NCBI GenBank assembly: GCA_963820525.1
Contig: CAWGAA010000001.1
Location: 2,048,001-2,112,000 of the forward strand
Reading direction: 5' to 3'
From: an uncultured Spirochaetota bacterium
Lineage (GTDB): Bacteria; Spirochaetota; Spirochaetia; SZUA-6; Fen-1364
Length of the DNA stretch: 64,000 nucleotides
Position numbers and translations under genes: made by a program. Positions 59,092 through 64,000 of this stretch are shown here, piece by piece (within the stretch, counting starts at the first letter, position 1; each line of letters starts with the position of its first letter). Under the pieces are notes generated by a model, which saw only the letters and a list, made by a program, of their open reading frames with translations, was not told the origin of the DNA and made no database searches.

Positions 59092-62000
59092 AGCTTCCCG
59101 AGCGTGCGATAAAGTTTCCCATCACCACGATCCTGATCTTCGTGACCCTCGGAGTCCTGGGCTTCATCTCCCTCAGGAGGATCGGCCTCGAGCTGTTCCC
59201 CAATGTCGGCTACCCGACGGCCGCCGTGTTCACCCCCTACCCCGGCGTCGGGCCTTTCGAGGTGGAAAGCGGGGTCTCCAAGCCCATCGAGGACGCCGTC
59301 TCCACGATCAACGGGGTGCAGAAGGTGGGCTCGACGTCCACGGAAGGGCTCTCCGTGGTCATCGTGAACTTCACGTGGAACACGGACATGAGCACGGTGG
59401 TCTCGGAGATCAGGGAAAAGATCAGCGCAATCGAGAGCACCCTTCCCGAGGGAAGCGAGCGTTCCGTGATCTTCCGTTTCAACCCTGAGGTCCTGCCCGC
59501 CCTCACCTTCACCGTCTCCTCCCCCGTGGAAGGCATGGACCTGCGCCGCCTGGTGGAGAAGAGCATCACGCCGGAGATCGAGCGGCTGCAGGGAGTGGCG
59601 TCAACCTCCGTGTTCGGCGGCCGGAAGTCCGCCGTCACGGTGAAGCTCGACCTGGACGCCATTTCGAAGAAGGAGATCCCGATACTGCGGATCCTGCAGG
59701 TCTTTAAGGGCGAAAACGTCAATCTCCCCGGAGGCTCGATCAGCCTCAAGGACCGGTTCATCGTGCTTCGCACGATCGGAGAGTTCTCCAGTACGGCCGC
59801 GATCGGGGACGTGCTCCTGGGCTACCGCGAGGGGGTGGCCGTCTTTCTCAAGGACGTGGCCGACATCGGCCTGGACTACCTGCCGCAGGAGGAGTTTTCC
59901 CGCGCGGGCGCCTCCCCGGGAGTGCTGGTGGAAGTGCAGAAGATGCAGGGCCACAACACGGTGGACGTGATCCGGCGGGTGAAGGCGGCCCTCTCCGGCA
60001 TGAAGGCCGGCCTCCCCCCGTCCGTGGAGATCGTCATCCGCACCGACCAGTCGGTGTCCATCCTCGAGTCCCTCTCGGGGCTCACCGATGCGGCCTGGCA
60101 GGGCGGTCTCCTTGCGGTTCTCGTCCTGGTGCTGTTCCTCAGGAACTTCCGGTCCATCCTCATCATCTCCCTCGCCATCCCCGTGTCCGTGATCGCCACC
60201 TTCTCCCTGATGGATTTCGCCCGAATCGACATGAACATCATGTCCCTGGCGGGCCTCACCCTCGGCGTGGGGATGTTCGTGGACAACTCCATCGTGGTCC
60301 TCGAGGTGATCTTCAGGAAGCAGCTCTCCGGCATGGCGCCGCGCGAGGCGGCGATCCTGGGCGCCGGCGAGGTCACGACGGCCGTCACCGCCTCCACCCT
60401 GACGAACATCGTCGTGTTCGTCCCCCTGGTCTTCGTTTCGGGGCTGGCCAACATCATCATGCGAGATCTCGCCTACACCTACTCCTTCTCCATGATCGTC
60501 TCCCTCCTCATGGCCCTCACCCTGGTTCCCGTGCTCTGCGTGCGCTTCCTGAAGCTCTCCGCCGGCACCACGATCGCCAAACGCCGGCTGCACGGGCAAA
60601 AAATCGACCTAGAGATAAGCCTGGCCGACGTGGAGCTTCACACGGGGATCGCGCCGGTGGACCGGGCCTCAAGCCTTGTGCGGCGCGCTATCCTTTGGCT
60701 CGACGAGGCGTACGAGCGCGCCCTGCAGTGGTCGATCCGGCACGCCGTCGCAGTCATCGCGGTGGCGATCGGGCTGTTTGCCGCGAGCCTCGCGTCGATC
60801 CTCCTCCTCGGCATGGAGTTCCTCCCCGAGACCGACGAGGGCAGGTTCACGATCGCCCTGGAGACCAAGGTGGAATCCCCCTTCGAGAAGACCGAAACGA
60901 AAGTGAAGCAGGTGGAGGCCATCCTGCGCGAGGACCTGGGAAAGCGACCTCGCCTCGCTGTCCTCGGTGATCGGCAGATCGGGCTCGGGCGGACACCTCG
61001 GCACCACGGGAAGCCACCTCGCCAGCGTTTCGGTGTCCCTGGTTCCCAAGGACGCGCGCGGCCGCTCGGTGTGGAGCATCATCAACGAGATCTCCAGAAA
61101 GATCCGCTCCCGGGTCACCGACGTCAAGTTCACGGCGTCCGTGGAGGGGCTGTCATCCCTCATCAACCTGGCCGCCGGGAGCCCCAAGCCCATCGTCGCG
61201 GAGATCTCCGGCGCGGACCTGTCGCGCTCCTCGGCCTTCGCCCGGGCCGTGTCCGCCGAGATGGAGAAGGTGAGCGGGACGCGCGACGTGGACGTTTCCT
61301 ACAAGACGGGAAAGCCCGAGATCCAGTTCAGGGTGAAGCGGCGCGAGGCGGCGAGCCTGGGCCTGAGCCCCCTGGAGATCGCAGCGACGATCCGGGCGGC
61401 GTACAGGGGGGCGCAGGTTTCCCGCTACAAGCAGGGGGACGACACCTATGACGTCTACCTTCTCCTCCGCGACGAGGACAGGAACTCCCTCACCCGCATC
61501 GAATCGCTTTTCCTCGTCAACCCCGCGGGAACGCGCATTCCCCTGGAAAACCTGGTGGAGATCCGCCAGGAGACGGGCCCTGTTTCCGTGGAAAGGAGCG
61601 ACAAGACGAGGATGATCAAGGTCACCGCCGCCCTCACCGGAGAGAGGCCGCTCAACAAGGTCATGGCGGACGTCAGGACGCGCGTCTCGCGGCTCGGGCC
61701 GCCCCCTTCGGGAATCAGCCTCGCCCTCACGGGGACCAACAAGCAGATGACCGAGGCATTCCGGGACCTCCTGTTCGCCCTGCTCCTGGGCGTCGGCTTG
61801 GTCTACGTGATCATGGCCAACCAGTTCGAATCTCTCCTGCACCCCCTGATCATCATGTTCTCCATTCCCTTCGCCCTCATCGGCCTCACGGCCGCCCTCC
61901 TGGCAACGGGCACGACGTTCAGCCTCGTGGCATTCATCGGCGGCATCCTCCTGGTGGGCTACGTGGTGAACAACGCGATCCTCCTCATCGACTACATCAA

Positions 62001-62268
62001 TGTGCTTCGAAGAAGCGGCCTTCCCCTGGAACAGGCCATCGCCGTGGGGGGAAGGACGCGCTTGAAGCCGATCCTCATGAGCACGGGCACCACGATCCTG
62101 GGGCTCCTTCCCATGGCACTGGGGATGGGAACCGGCGCGGAGCTCCGCGCTCCCATGGCGCGGGCAGTGTTCGGCGGTCTCGCCTCCTCCACCCTCATAA
62201 CCTTGATCCTGATCCCGACCATCTATTGGGTCGTGGAGACAAAGCTGAAAAGGAAGAAAACGGCATGA
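59088..62268 (+). CDS. RND efflux permease with a +1 frameshift at about 60942 (error or pseudogene)
   Basis: GMFVDNSIVV in ORF1; VVNNAILL and RLKPILM in ORF2; removing one A at 60941-60943 joins them. Confidence 0.88.
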
Positions 62269-63632
62269 AACGCCACCTCGTTCTCGCCCTGGCGCTGGCC
62301 GTCGCAGCCTGTCAGGCCGGCGGCGAGCCTTTGTCCATCGACGCGGCCTACGCGGCGGTCACCACGGCCTCCGAGGCGGTCCGCGTGAAGCGCCTGGAGC
62401 TGGAGAAATCCAGCGCCCGCCATGCCCAGGCCGTAACGCAGGCGTTCCCCCGGCTGGACGTGCAGGCCTCGGGCTCCTATATGACAAACCCGCCGGCGGG
62501 CATCACGGTCCCCGCGGGCTCCCTGGGAACCCTTCCGCCCGCCCTCGGCTCCCTGCCGCTGCCTCCCCAGGATACATCGGTGGTCGAGGCCGCCAAGAGC
62601 ACCACGATGAAGGTTGACGCCACCCTGTCACAGCCGCTTTTCACCTGGGGAAAGATCTCCAACGCCATCCGCCTGGCCTCCCTGGAGGTGGAGGCGTCCG
62701 GGGCCCAGCTCGCCGGACAGGAGCGCGACACGGAGCACGACGTGCACGCCGCCTACTTCGGCGCGCTCCTTGCAGAGCAGTCCGCTTCCGCGCTTTCTTC
62801 AATGCGCACGATACTTACGGGCATCCTGGAAGACAGGCGCAAGTCCTTTGGCGAGGGAACGATCATCCGCCAGCAGGTTCTGGAAGCCGAGTCGAACGTG
62901 GCCTCCCTTGACAGCCGGCTCACAGATGCAGAGGAAAGCAGGAGAACCGCGTACGAGAGCCTCGGCTACCTCACGGGTCTCGACCCCCAGGCCATCACCC
63001 TCGCCACCCCCTTTCGCTCCGAAATCCCGGAGCTGGACGAGGAGGTCCTGAAGGAGGCCGCGCTCAAGGGCTCGAGCGCGCTCGCTCTCAGCCGAACCAG
63101 GGTGAGCCAGGCGCGGGTGCGCCTGGATATCGAGCGGGGCGGCTCGGCCCTTCTTCCCGATCTGTCGCTTCTGGCCACGCTCGAGGTGACATCCCCGCAG
63201 AGCCCGCTTCTGGGCGGCTCGATGAGCGCGTGGACCGCCAACTTCATCGTCAGCGTCGCCGGTAGGGTCCGCGTGATCGACAGCGGGGAATCCTGCTTCA
63301 AGGTCCAGCAGGCCCAGAAGGACATGGAGGAAGCCGGGGAGGGACTCTCCGGCGCCGAAAAGGCCCTGAAGCTCTCCGTGAGAAAAGGCGTTCAGGCGGC
63401 TCGAAGCGCCGCCGGCGCGGCACGCGAGAAGGCGGCGCGTTTGGCGGCGGCGGAGGAGCAGGCCAAAAACGCGCGCGTCTCCTTCCAGAACGGCCTGTCC
63501 ACGCGGGAGGAGCTCTCATCCGCGGAGCTCGCCCTTGCCCAGGCCCGCCTTGACGGAATTCTGGCCGGCTACAATCTCGAGGAATCCCTTGGCAGCCTGG
63601 AATACATTACGGGGGTGAAGCTGCCGCGCTGA
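62265..63632 (+). CDS. TolC family outer membrane efflux protein
   Basis: Signal peptide, QPLFTWGK, OEP repeats; ATGA coupling to the permease. Confidence 0.88.
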   Translation: MKRHLVLALALAVAACQAGGEPLSIDAAYAAVTTASEAVRVKRLELEKSSARHAQAVTQAFPRLDVQASGSYMTNPPAGITVPAGSLGTLPPALGSLPLPPQDTSVVEAAKSTTMKVDATLSQPLFTWGKISNAIRLASLEVEASGAQLAGQERDTEHDVHAAYFGALLAEQSASALSSMRTILTGILEDRRKSFGEGTIIRQQVLEAESNVASLDSRLTDAEESRRTAYESLGYLTGLDPQAITLATPFRSEIPELDEEVLKEAALKGSSALALSRTRVSQARVRLDIERGGSALLPDLSLLATLEVTSPQSPLLGGSMSAWTANFIVSVAGRVRVIDSGESCFKVQQAQKDMEEAGEGLSGAEKALKLSVRKGVQAARSAAGAAREKAARLAAAEEQAKNARVSFQNGLSTREELSSAELALAQARLDGILAGYNLEESLGSLEYITGVKLPR

Positions 63633-63636
63633 AACC

Positions 63637-64000
63637 TCACCGCTTGTTCTTCGACATCTCCTCCCGCGCGATCCCGACGATCTCGCGGGTCTTGCCGTCC
63701 TCTCCCGTCATGACGGAGCCGGAAAAGAGCATCGGCACTTCGGTCCCCTCCTTAGTGCGGTACTTCATCTCGTAGTTGGCGACGGACCCTGCGGCGAGCA
63801 GGCCAACGATGCCTTCCTCGGTGAACAGGACCTCCCCCCTTCCCACCACCTCCCTCATGTGCCGGCCGACGAGCTCCTCCTCCCGGTAGCCCAGCCGCCT
63901 GCAGGTGGCCCTGTTCACGCTCTTGATGGTGCCGCCCAGGTCCAGGATCACAAGCGTGTCTCCCATGTCGTTGAGGCTGCCGAGGATGTTCTCATTGTAC
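63637..64000 (-). CDS. PAS-domain protein, C-terminal part (start outside the window)
   Basis: VNRATCRRLGYREEELVGR, YRTKEGTEVPM, IVGIARE. Confidence 0.8.
   Translation of the reverse strand, partial: YNENILGSLNDMGDTLVILDLGGTIKSVNRATCRRLGYREEELVGRHMREVVGRGEVLFTEEGIVGLLAAGSVANYEMKYRTKEGTEVPMLFSGSVMTGEDGKTREIVGIAREEMSKNKR

Overview
Bacterial genomic window, mostly GC-rich. The LeuRS and the REC-like/HATPase/cNMP protein look spirochaete-like, but this is a tentative impression. Both ends hold housekeeping or transport genes: an S41 peptidase, two RND efflux operons, leuS and an M24 peptidase. The middle (about 7.7-51.4 kb) is a heavily rearranged accessory region with five notable parts. (1) A complete 1400-bp IS110 element whose bridge-RNA guide loops, CT core, subterminal IRs and circle-junction promoter can all be read from the sequence. 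(2) A deletion scar of a type I R-M operon and a hisF pseudogene. (3) A decaying integron-type cassette array with several attC-like sites on the - strand and no intI in the window. It carries a BrnTA toxin-antitoxin pair, an AT-rich serine hydrolase, an IS91-like transposase and an uncharacterised three-gene TIGR04255 / small peptide / PemK-like cassette, my best candidate for a new defence system. (4) A ~16-kb cluster of GlgX, AGE epimerase, ThDP enzyme, two DJ-1/PfpI proteins, tautomerase and cupin with a partner-switching regulator. It also holds lectin-fold genes, one of them an apparently circularly permuted FGE-sulfatase domain. (5) Nested IS630, IS5-like/DUF6788, IS1380 and three IS1634 copies. 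No rRNA, tRNA or CRISPR array was seen. All family calls come from motif recognition by eye, not database searches.
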